Part shown: positions 1 through 8,273 of the stretch, piece after piece
Layout of the letters: every line of letters starts with the position of its first letter
Numbering within the stretch: position 1 is the first letter of the stretch
Source: an uncultured delta proteobacterium
Lineage (GTDB): Bacteria; Desulfobacterota; Desulfuromonadia; Geobacterales; Pseudopelobacteraceae
Assembly: GCA_963772835.1 (NCBI GenBank)
Contig: CAVYYZ010000024.1
Span: 96,001-160,000, forward strand
Direction of reading: 5' to 3'
Length of the DNA: 64,000 bases
Program-made: the position numbers and the translations under genes
The notes under the pieces: model-generated
Told to the model about the DNA's origin: nothing
Database searches by the model: none
The model's input: the letters and a program-made list of their open reading frames with translations, nothing else

Positions 1-1066
1 CAAGCGAGTTGAAACTGGTGGCCGAAAGCGGGCCGTGGCAGACGGTGCAATTGCTCGTTGCTCTTATGTCGGCGTGGCAGAGCGTGCCGTTGAAACATCC
101 GGCGGTGCCTGCACCGAAGGAGCCGGCTGGAGCAAATCGGGCCAGATATGGCTGAGCCAGGTTCTTCAGAGCGGCATTGTGGCACTGGGTACAGACTCCG
201 GCATTATTTACGTCGGTGTTCGTATGAGTGACCGTGCCGGTTGAACGCCAGTTTGCAGCCACCGGGTGAGGAGCGGGCCCGGCGGGAATGTGGCACGTCG
301 CCGTCATACATGAAAGTCCAATACCGCCGGCAAAATTATTCCCATGGCATTGTGTACAGTACGCAAATCCCTGAGATGCTGCCGGTGCCGCTTTGGCGGC
401 ACTGCCGTGACTGCTGGCGGCAAGCCATCCGGCGGGATGACCGCTTCTTACTCCATGGCACATCGTACTGTTAAAGCAGTCGGGTGTCGAACCGGCCGGG
501 ACAGTTTGAGGGACGGTAAGCCGCAGGTTGTTAAGGTGGCAGCGGGCACATTCGGCAGCGTTCACGGTAGCAGTGGTCGTGTGGGTCGTTCCTGTCGCAG
601 TTGTGCCTCTCCATGGGGTCGCAGGATGAGGTGCAGTGGTATGGCACGTCATACAGGATTTACCGGCATCACCCGTAAAATTCGTTCCGTGGCACTGTGT
701 GCAGTAGTGCAGCCCGGGTGCTGCAGCTTTAGCCGCGCTGCCGTGGCTGCCGGGGGCGCTCCAACCGGCCGGATGGCTGGAGGGGCCGTTTGGATGGCAC
801 GCGATTCCGCTGCGGGAGGTGCTGAAACAGCTTACTCCGCTGATGCCGCCCGTTGATAGAGGGTCTTGAGCGCTGCCGTGACATTCAACACATGCGCTTT
901 TATTGGCCTGATACGCTGCCGGATGGTTTCCTCCGATCGATGCGACCGCCCATCCGGCAGGATGCTTGCCGGAGACGTCGAGAGTAATCGGTGTGTCATT
1001 GGCAGTGCTGCATCCCCAGAGGCTTATGAGCATGAGCAGTATTGCGCCGCTTTTAATCGTGGTCAT
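1..1066 (-). CDS. Multiheme c-type cytochrome lipoprotein (ExtD/ExtG-like), 3'-truncated by the window edge
   Basis: Manual translation from ATG at 1066 (GGAG upstream): MTTIKSGAILLMLISLWGC lipobox, 7 CxxCH (CVECH, CTQCH x3, CMTCH, CARCH, CTVCH) plus CX9CH, CX5CH x2 and CX4CH; frame open to position 1. Not in the ORF track. Confidence 0.93.
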   Translation of the reverse strand, partial: MTTIKSGAILLMLISLWGCSTANDTPITLDVSGKHPAGWAVASIGGNHPAAYQANKSACVECHGSAQDPLSTGGISGVSCFSTSRSGIACHPNGPSSHPAGWSAPGSHGSAAKAAAPGLHYCTQCHGTNFTGDAGKSCMTCHTTAPHPATPWRGTTATGTTHTTTATVNAAECARCHLNNLRLTVPQTVPAGSTPDCFNSTMCHGVRSGHPAGWLAASSHGSAAKAAPAASQGFAYCTQCHGNNFAGGIGLSCMTATCHIPAGPAPHPVAANWRSTGTVTHTNTDVNNAGVCTQCHNAALKNLAQPYLARFAPAGSFGAGTAGCFNGTLCHADIRATSNCTVCHGPLSATSFNSL

Positions 1067-1075
1067 GGCATTCTC

Positions 1076-1552
1076 CTATCTGTGGCACGCGACGCAGCGT
1101 TCGTTGTTGGCCCTGCCGTGGCAGCGATAACAGCTGGCAGGGTCAAGTTTTCCTTCAATCTTGTGCATGGTCATAAAGTTGCCGCGATGCTGCATTTCAC
1201 GGTCGGGACGGTTGCCGTATTTTATGGACGGCTTCATTTCAACCTGGTTGGTGTGGCAGTCGTTGCAGAAGGAGCTTTTATGACAGGTGGAGCAGAGGCG
1301 GTCATCTGACGCGGCGTAGAAACGGTGGTTTTTGACGAACGATCGTGTGTGGCTGAATGAGTTGAAGGCCTTCATGGTACCCTTCTGCTGGTCTTCATGA
1401 CATTCGGCACAATTCACCTGCTGTCCGACCGCCAGCGCTTCCGGATGGGAGGCGGGGAGGCCGGGAACCGTTTTCATCTGCGCGCAGGAGGCGAATATGC
1501 CAATGAACCCTGCGACTGCAAGGAGTGGGAGCATCAGTGTTCTGTTTTTCAT
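1076..1552 (-). CDS. Pentaheme c-type cytochrome lipoprotein (ExtC/ExtF-like)
   Basis: Lipobox FASC; five CxxCH (CAECH, CSTCH, CNDCH, CYRCH, CVACH); start overlaps porin stop. Confidence 0.93.
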   Translation of the reverse strand: MKNRTLMLPLLAVAGFIGIFASCAQMKTVPGLPASHPEALAVGQQVNCAECHEDQQKGTMKAFNSFSHTRSFVKNHRFYAASDDRLCSTCHKSSFCNDCHTNQVEMKPSIKYGNRPDREMQHRGNFMTMHKIEGKLDPASCYRCHGRANNERCVACHR

Positions 1553-2865
1553 TTCTTCCCTCCAATGCCGGTGAACGTCATGTTGTAGGTCAAGCGGAGA
1601 AGTGCTCTGACTTCTTCGGTAAATTGGGGGTTTCTGCCGTAACTGAGGTCGCCCGACAGTGCCAGGGCGGGGGTGATGTGATAGCCGAGTGAGGTGGTTG
1701 CTTCCCAGGCGCTGCTTTTGTTGTAGATTTTCTCTTTGAAGAAGTCGCCCAGGATGTCGATGGCGCCAAAGTAGCTCTTGGTGTCACGCATGACGTAGCA
1801 ACGTATTTCGTGGTAGGAGGCTGATACGTCGGGCGTAATGGCGAAGCCCTGCCCGGCATTCAGGTAGTGATAGCCGATGCCGCCGCGGATGGTGTTGTCT
1901 TTGTAGTTGACGCGGGTATCCAGGCCGTAGCGTGAAGCGCTGCCGAATTCGCGGGTGTAGCGTTTGTAGTCGGCGGCTATGTCAAGGCCTGTATCGACTT
2001 GATAGGAGGCGATCAGGCCGGCCGAACTGGAGTTGTCGGTGGGTTTGATGGCGGAGGCGGAGAACATGGTCCAGGTGTACAGGGCGCTGGTTTCGAGGTA
2101 CTGGTTGAATTCTCCTGTCAGTACCAGCTGTCGGACCGGTTTGATGTTAAGCAGGTAGGAGTGCTCGGCGAACTGCTTGGTTTCTGTGTTGTAGCTGCTG
2201 TGCCCGAGTATGTCGAGTGCGTTGACGGGGGTGATCCAGATGTCGGCTCCTGCCCTGCGGTAGTTCGTGGCGGTGTGGGTGACAAGCGTCGGGGCGTCGG
2301 TTTCGTAGACTCCTGAGAGTCCGACTTCAAGAAGGCCTTTGTATCGATAGTTGACGCGCCCTCCATAGCTGGCATCTCCCTTGCCGTCGCTGTTTTCACC
2401 GCTGATATTGGTCGTGTGGACGGTTGCACCGCCGAAGGCTGACAGGCCAAAGCCCATCGGCAGGTCGGTGCGGGCGCTGAGACCGTCGATCTGCTCATTG
2501 ACGATGCCTTCGTGGATAAATTGCCGTCCGACGCGGAGCTGTGCGCTTGTCTGGGCGAAGCGGTACTGAAGGTAGCCGTAGGTGATGCTTCCGGTGGTTG
2601 TGTCGTTGTTGTAGCTCTTGTCGGCCAGGTCGGTACGCCCCCATCCGTAAAAGTGGAGGGAAAGGTTGCCGTCGGCCAGTTTGTCGGCAGTCAGGCCGAG
2701 AAACTGAGTCGCCGGGAGAAGGGTCTCCTTCGGAGTGCCGGTAACGTCACGCTTGCCGAAACCGAACAGGGTGCTGGAGTCAATGGTTACGTCTGCCGCC
2801 AGAGCAGCGGCGGGGAGAGCGAACAGCGAGGCGGCGCAAAGAAGGGTGCAACACGATTTTTTCAT
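1549..2865 (-). CDS. Outer-membrane beta-barrel porin of a porin-cytochrome conduit (ExtB/ExtE-like)
   Basis: Signal peptide ending AALA, many amphipathic Tyr/Gly-rich beta strands, directly upstream of two lipoprotein cytochromes; start at ATG 2865 with GGAG RBS. Confidence 0.85.
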   Translation of the reverse strand: MKKSCCTLLCAASLFALPAAALAADVTIDSSTLFGFGKRDVTGTPKETLLPATQFLGLTADKLADGNLSLHFYGWGRTDLADKSYNNDTTTGSITYGYLQYRFAQTSAQLRVGRQFIHEGIVNEQIDGLSARTDLPMGFGLSAFGGATVHTTNISGENSDGKGDASYGGRVNYRYKGLLEVGLSGVYETDAPTLVTHTATNYRRAGADIWITPVNALDILGHSSYNTETKQFAEHSYLLNIKPVRQLVLTGEFNQYLETSALYTWTMFSASAIKPTDNSSSAGLIASYQVDTGLDIAADYKRYTREFGSASRYGLDTRVNYKDNTIRGGIGYHYLNAGQGFAITPDVSASYHEIRCYVMRDTKSYFGAIDILGDFFKEKIYNKSSAWEATTSLGYHITPALALSGDLSYGRNPQFTEEVRALLRLTYNMTFTGIGGKK

Positions 2866-2940
2866 GGAGATACTCCTGTGCAAAGATGAATCCACAGTAA
2901 GAATGATACCAGACAGCTATCTTAAATCAATTCGATAAAA

Positions 2941-3012
2941 TTAATTGTTGCAGATAACAAAAACAAACAGAGCTATTACTGTAGTGATAATTCTGTTTGT
3001 CGTATCCTCCAT
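2941..3012 (-). CDS. Putative 23-aa hydrophobic small ORF (MEDTTNRIITTVIALFVFVICNN)
   Basis: GGAG 7 nt before ATG 3012, TAA at 2941-2943, directly after a sigma70-like promoter. Confidence 0.45.
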   Translation of the reverse strand: MEDTTNRIITTVIALFVFVICNN

Positions 3013-3030
3013 GATATAACTCCGGGTGAC

Positions 3031-3060
3031 ATTCTATTCTCATTCCAATCAGGATGTCAA
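3031..3060 (-). promoter_or_regulatory. Sigma70-type promoter for the porin-cytochrome operon
   Basis: TTGACA (3060-3055), 18-nt spacer, TAGAAT (3036-3031); overlapped by inverted repeat TGACAT..ATGTCA. Confidence 0.6.
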
Positions 3061-3212
3061 AATAAAAGGACAGTTCCGGTCTTATGCTCTATTGCCTTGA
3101 TGGTGGTTTGTTCCGGGTTGGAAAAACAGAGGAGCAAAATGATAGCCAATGTCTATCCCGGGTGCATGTATTGTTGAATGACCGCGACTGTATATTAATA
3201 GTCGGGATGCTA

Positions 3213-3614
3213 TTATTTGTTCTTGAGTAAGTCCCGTATTTCAGTGAGTAACACCTCCTGATTTGGAGGCGGTGCCGGCGTGGCAGGAGCCGCTTCTTCT
3301 TTTTTCTTGAGAGAGTTCATGGACTTTACTGCCATGAATATTGCGAAGGCAATAATAGTGAAATCTATTATTGTCTGCAGAAATTTTCCGTAGCTGATTA
3401 CCACGGCCGGTTTTTTGTCAACTGCTTCCTGGACGACTATGGACAGATTTGAAAAATCGACTCCACCCAATAAGACGCCGATTGGCGGCATAATTACATC
3501 GCCGACTAGAGATGAAATTATTTTGCCGAAAGCCGCTCCGATGATGATACCTACCGCCATGTCAACCACATTTCCCTTTACGGCAAAATCCTTAAATTCT
3601 TTGAGCATACCCAT
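3213..3614 (-). CDS. mscL: Large-conductance mechanosensitive channel
   Basis: [28 protein letters not shown] and C-terminal LLTEIRDLL. Confidence 0.98.
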   Translation of the reverse strand: MGMLKEFKDFAVKGNVVDMAVGIIIGAAFGKIISSLVGDVIMPPIGVLLGGVDFSNLSIVVQEAVDKKPAVVISYGKFLQTIIDFTIIAFAIFMAVKSMNSLKKKEEAAPATPAPPPNQEVLLTEIRDLLKNK

Positions 3615-4003
3615 AACGTCCTCCTCCTCAAGATATAGTGTCCTGCCTGCCCGTCGCTGGAAACTTCAAAATAATACTCCAGATAAAAAGTTGATATGCA
3701 TTATCGTAGCAATAATATGGAATAAGACAACCTGGTCGCTGTAATTTTTTGAGCCTTTTCTGCGGTGATTTCCTCCCGGAGGGGCAATCACTACCGTATG
3801 GCAGAGAAAAATATTAAATGCTGAAACCATGCCCGAGTTTGATGATAAATCCGCATGAGGGGTCGACTGCCGGCATATACGGAATACGTTAGAGCCAGGC
3901 ACGTCGGATTGACGTATTGACTAAAAACATCATTAGTGTCAAAAAGGTAGGCAGAATGTATCAGCGGGGAACCTCCGCAGACCACACATTAAAGGAGTTT
4001 AGA

Positions 4004-4285
4004 ATGGCCAGAGCATCAGCACGCCACATTCTGGTGGCGACCAAAGAAGAGTGTGAAGCGTTAAAGGTAAAAATAGAAGCAGGTGAGGATTTTGCGGTAT
4101 GTGCCAAAGAGAACTCACAGTGCCCTTCCGGTAGAGATGGCGGTAACCTGGGCGAATTCGGCCCGGGGCAGATGGTCAAAGAGTTCGACACCGTTGTGTT
4201 CTCCGGAGAAGTCGGAAAAGTTCTTGGGCCGGTACAAACTCAGTTCGGGTATCATTTGATCGAAGTCACCAAGCGCACGGCATAA
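4004..4285 (+). CDS. ppiC: Parvulin peptidyl-prolyl isomerase
   Basis: ASARHILV, SQCPSGRDGGNLGEF, TQFGYHLI; AAGGAG RBS before ATG 4004. Confidence 0.95.
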   Translation: MARASARHILVATKEECEALKVKIEAGEDFAVCAKENSQCPSGRDGGNLGEFGPGQMVKEFDTVVFSGEVGKVLGPVQTQFGYHLIEVTKRTA

Positions 4286-4303
4286 CGTGAGGGAATACGC
4301 ACC

Positions 4304-5176
4304 ATGAAGTTACTGGATGGGAAAATATGTGCTGAAAGTCTGGTAGCGGATATATCCAGACGGGTAGCAGGATATGTTGATTCCGGATTGCGCAAGCCGC
4401 ATATGACGGTGATCCTCGTCGGGGAACACGCCCCGAGCGAATCATATGTAAAATCAAAGATCAAATCATGCGAGAGCGCCGGTTTTGAAAGCGCCCTGCT
4501 CCGTTTTCCTGAAAGTATTACTGAGTCAGACCTGCTGGCGAAGATTGCCGGAGTCAATGCCGATCCTGCTACAGACGGGCTTATTGTCCAGTTGCCGCTG
4601 CCGAAGCATATCAACCCGCAGAACATTATCAATGCGATTGATCCGGAAAAAGATATTGACGGTTTTCACCCTACAAATTTCGGCCGTATGACTCTGGGGC
4701 AGAAGGCGTTCAGGCCGGCAACCGCATACGGTATCTGCAAGCTGCTGCAGTTTTACGAAATACCGGTCAAAGGGAAACATTGCGTTGTAATCGGCAGGTC
4801 GAATATCGTCGGCAAGCCGATATCAATAATGCTATCCAACGATTTCGAAATCGGCAATGCCACGGTTACCCTCGCTCACATCGAAACACCACGGGAGCTG
4901 CTGGTGGATGAAACCAGGCGTGCTGATATCATTGTCGTTGCCGTCGGGATCCCTGGATTTATTACTGTTGATATGGTTAAAGAGGGGGTCGTGATGATTG
5001 ATGTCGGCATCAACCGACTCGAAAACGGCAAACTGGTGGGAGATGTTGATTTTGAACATGTCAGCAATAAATGCTCATGGATAACGCCGGTACCCGGAGG
5101 CGTCGGAAGGATGACTGTAGCGGCGCTGATGATTAATACACTTATGGCGTATCAGAACAATTTCGATCTTGCCTGA
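4304..5176 (+). CDS. folD: Bifunctional methylenetetrahydrofolate dehydrogenase/cyclohydrolase
   Basis: [38 protein letters not shown] motifs. Confidence 0.97.
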   Translation: MKLLDGKICAESLVADISRRVAGYVDSGLRKPHMTVILVGEHAPSESYVKSKIKSCESAGFESALLRFPESITESDLLAKIAGVNADPATDGLIVQLPLPKHINPQNIINAIDPEKDIDGFHPTNFGRMTLGQKAFRPATAYGICKLLQFYEIPVKGKHCVVIGRSNIVGKPISIMLSNDFEIGNATVTLAHIETPRELLVDETRRADIIVVAVGIPGFITVDMVKEGVVMIDVGINRLENGKLVGDVDFEHVSNKCSWITPVPGGVGRMTVAALMINTLMAYQNNFDLA

Positions 5177-5193
5177 CCTTTTAACTCATTGAC

Positions 5194-5233
5194 GCAACAA
5201 AAAAAACGGCCTGGTGGCCGTTTTTTTTGTTGC
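5194..5233. terminator. Bidirectional intrinsic terminator between convergent folD and FKBP genes
   Basis: Perfect 18-bp inverted repeat GCAACAAAAAAAACGGCC-TGGT-GGCCGTTTTTTTTGTTGC. Confidence 0.9.
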
Positions 5234-5290
5234 AGTTCAATTGATGTAAAGAGGAAACTCCGGCATCCGGAAGATGATACATTCAGGGTG

Positions 5291-5809
5291 CTACTGAATG
5301 CTTATCAGCTCGATTTCAAAGGTTACATTTTCACCAGCCAGGGGATGGTTGGCATCAAAGGTGACCTGGTCCGCCGTGGTTTCGAGAACAACAACCTCAA
5401 GTTCCTCGTCATCTTCATTGGAAAGGCTCAGCTCATCACCGACTTCCGGGATAAGATCCTCCGGGAGGTCGCTGCGCGGTACGGTAAACACTTTTTCCTT
5501 GTCATACTCACCAAAAGCGTCAGCTGCAGATATTTTAACAGTCTTCTTTTCGCCCGGGGTCATGCCGACGATTGCGGCGTCAATTTGGGGGAAAAGGATT
5601 TCCTCTCCCAGGACGAACGTCATCGGTCCGCTTTCATGTCCGCCGCACTCGCATCCTTCGTCATCACAGCCGCCATCTTCACAGCCGTCATCACAGCATC
5701 CCTCGTCATCACATTCCATATCTTCCAGTGTCGAATCGAATACCGTTCCGTCTTCCAGTGTCCCGGTAAAGTTGATTGTTACGGTGTTGCCTTTTTCTGC
5801 CTGTGCCAT
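5291..5809 (-). CDS. SlyD/SlpA-like FKBP peptidyl-prolyl isomerase with internal Cys/Asp/Glu-rich insert
   Basis: FTGTLEDGTVFDS, GMTPGEKKTV, DANHPLAGENVTFEI. Confidence 0.92.
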   Translation of the reverse strand: MAQAEKGNTVTINFTGTLEDGTVFDSTLEDMECDDEGCCDDGCEDGGCDDEGCECGGHESGPMTFVLGEEILFPQIDAAIVGMTPGEKKTVKISAADAFGEYDKEKVFTVPRSDLPEDLIPEVGDELSLSNEDDEELEVVVLETTADQVTFDANHPLAGENVTFEIELISIQ

Positions 5810-5935
5810 TGGATTGCCTTTCGTTTCTTATAAGTAATATATTGCGACGGAATAGAATACGGGAGAGTTCTCAATTCGTCCAGAAAAATCTTGTGTTGAC
5901 AATTTGTTGAAATGTAACTTACTGTAAAATAAATG

Positions 5936-8068
5936 TTATTTTATCGGAAGTAAATCCAGCCACCAAACAACGGCACCCGCACCCACAACAAACAGAATAA
6001 AAAACCACCGCTTCCAGGGACTTTTTTTCTCGGCGAAAGGATCAGATAATGAAGTGGTTGCCCCTTGGGGAAGTCGGGCCATACCGGTCAAGGATGCTCC
6101 GAAAGGTATGTTTATCTTTGCCCGGGTGTTGACTGCCCAGCCGTTTGCATCCAGCAGTCGACCAAGATTGCGTTGGCGGAGTTTAAACCAGGCAAGAAAA
6201 ATGGAAGGGCCCGAAATAAAGAGTATAATACCGACAATGACCAGCGGCATCTGCCACCACTGAAGTTTGAAAAAACCGGTCAGAATCGCTGCGAGAGCAG
6301 TGCCGATCGCACCGATGGCAAGGCCTACCGCCGCAAAAATTCCGGCAAATTTGCCGACATCAAATGCCTGCTGTTCCGGCTTGGCTTCTGCCTTCTTTCC
6401 GCCGACCGGAATGAGATCGGCCACCGCTTTTTCCTCATGTGCCTTTGAGCGGGCAGCGGCAATTTTTTGCAGTGCTTCACCGACCATCTTGCCGATACGC
6501 TTGTAAGGATCCCAGAATGCCTGGCGAATGCTGATCGGATGCTCAACGATTCGTACGATGGTGGCATCCCAGTCGACTCCCTGGCGATCGAAAAAAATAC
6601 CGTTGCGCCCTATCAGCAACTGATCGCTGTCGCCGTTAGTGATTGCTGCGGCTATGGTCATTTTATCGGCTCCGCCATTTCTGATGCAATCACAATACAC
6701 CAGATACACCCGGCTCAGGTTGGCAAGCAACGCATGTTTAGCGACATCAGTCACGGTGATGCAGAGTTCGAAGCTGCGGCCATCAAGAAAAAGAGAGCCG
6801 GACTGAAAAATGGCTTTACCGCGACCGGTATAGAAATCGCGGAAAGAGACAAAATTATTTGCCAGTGGCAGCAGGTCGCGACAATAGCGGACCAGGCGTT
6901 CAACTTCTATAATCGCATCGTACGCCGGCTTCAAGGCTACATCCTGATCGACCAGATCAAGCAGTACAGCTTCTGCTTGATCTTCCCGCCACTGCTTCAA
7001 CCGATTTTTACCAAGACCGCTGGCCGGAGTTTCAATCCTGTTGATCCACCAGGTTTCATAGAGAGCGACGGCAGTTTTTTGTTCATTCCACTGGTGCTCG
7101 GTGAGAACAACCAGTTCTCCCAGGAGTGGCTGCAGCAGTTCTCTGCGCACCCTGGCAATAATTGCACTCCAGGCCGGGTTTATTCCCTGCTCCAGATTCA
7201 GAGAACCATTGACTGTTACCGCGGAAAGGGGCAGAGCGGCGATTTCATCCGTACTCTCGGACAGGTTTCGGGGAGCAAGCGCGGCGAGAGTCTCATCACT
7301 GCTGTTCATCATGATCGCGGCTCGACTGTCAAAAGCCGCCATGCGGCAGCGGATGAAAAAATCATCTATTTTCGATTTGGCGCAATGCCAGAGTGCAATA
7401 GTCTCTTCCGGTAACCTGCTTGCCACCCCTTCAAATTCAGTATCATGCCAGGCCAGCCACGCGCATGTATCGGCTGAAAAACGCTCAACCATCTCGCGAG
7501 TGATACCCGAATCACCGCTCCGGTCTAATTCGCCGCCATAACAATTGATAATGTCAGTGATCCACCCTTTAAGACGTTCGTCGTCAGTTGAAGCGGCAGT
7601 TATGATGCCGTCGCCATTAAAGCGGGTCCGGGAGAGAATGGCTTCGCAATTACTAATATCAGAGACCGTGATCAGCAAAGCCTCAGGTTTGCCGATATTT
7701 GAAAGCAACGTCCTGGCAGCATCGAGAATCCTTGCGCCGGATTCCGTTTCCTCTGAAATGGCTGACAGCAGTACCCCCTGTTTACCACTCACCAATTGGG
7801 TCCTGTCATTCAGACATGTTCCGACCCATTCCGCAGCAGACAAAATTTCAGGTACCCGGATGTGCCCATCGCCGTCAATATCAATCAGTTGAAGAGTCCT
7901 CTGGTCGAATTCAACACCCTTGACCGGAAAGCTCAGGGCCGACCAGAGCTTGTTGTCTAGCTCGGACAGTGCAAGCAGATCTTCACCCGTCTCCAGCAGT
8001 ACCTGATCAAAGCCGCCAGCACGAAAAAACTTCCACTGATGCTTCGACGGTATACGTGTCTCTTCCAT
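5936..8068 (-). CDS. Hypothetical membrane-anchored protein with EF-hand loop, 710 aa
   Basis: Long ORF with GGAG RBS; DIDGDGHIRVPE; three C-terminal hydrophobic segments. Confidence 0.8.
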   Translation of the reverse strand: MEETRIPSKHQWKFFRAGGFDQVLLETGEDLLALSELDNKLWSALSFPVKGVEFDQRTLQLIDIDGDGHIRVPEILSAAEWVGTCLNDRTQLVSGKQGVLLSAISEETESGARILDAARTLLSNIGKPEALLITVSDISNCEAILSRTRFNGDGIITAASTDDERLKGWITDIINCYGGELDRSGDSGITREMVERFSADTCAWLAWHDTEFEGVASRLPEETIALWHCAKSKIDDFFIRCRMAAFDSRAAIMMNSSDETLAALAPRNLSESTDEIAALPLSAVTVNGSLNLEQGINPAWSAIIARVRRELLQPLLGELVVLTEHQWNEQKTAVALYETWWINRIETPASGLGKNRLKQWREDQAEAVLLDLVDQDVALKPAYDAIIEVERLVRYCRDLLPLANNFVSFRDFYTGRGKAIFQSGSLFLDGRSFELCITVTDVAKHALLANLSRVYLVYCDCIRNGGADKMTIAAAITNGDSDQLLIGRNGIFFDRQGVDWDATIVRIVEHPISIRQAFWDPYKRIGKMVGEALQKIAAARSKAHEEKAVADLIPVGGKKAEAKPEQQAFDVGKFAGIFAAVGLAIGAIGTALAAILTGFFKLQWWQMPLVIVGIILFISGPSIFLAWFKLRQRNLGRLLDANGWAVNTRAKINIPFGASLTGMARLPQGATTSLSDPFAEKKSPWKRWFFILFVVGAGAVVWWLDLLPIK

Positions 8069-8227
8069 TGTTGTCTCCCTGATCAGATTCGGAGTTACAG
8101 CTATGACGTTGGCGTAAGCATTTCAGTGCAGTGCCGGCATTCCTTTATGAGCGCATGTTATCTGCTGCCATGATATTGAAGCTGAAACAGGATGGAGCGG
8201 AGGCAGAATGGTTGTAAAGCAGAATGT

Positions 8228-8258
8228 AAAAAGGGCAGCCCGTTCGGCATGCCCCTTT
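8228..8258 (-). terminator. Intrinsic terminator after ftsZ
   Basis: GC-rich hairpin followed by a T-run on the minus strand just after the ftsZ stop. Confidence 0.7.
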
Positions 8259-8273
8259 CTGCTTACATTATGT

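Noticed and set aside
35..1309. Plus-strand ORFs in the track (e.g. 344-856, 866-1309)
   Set aside because: Antisense shadows of the multiheme cytochrome genes, whose frames carry clear lipobox and heme motifs
2870..3210. Possible GEMM-I (c-di-GMP/cGAMP) riboswitch ahead of the cytochrome operon
   Set aside because: I could not find the GGCAAA..GAAA..ACGCAAA pattern on the minus strand
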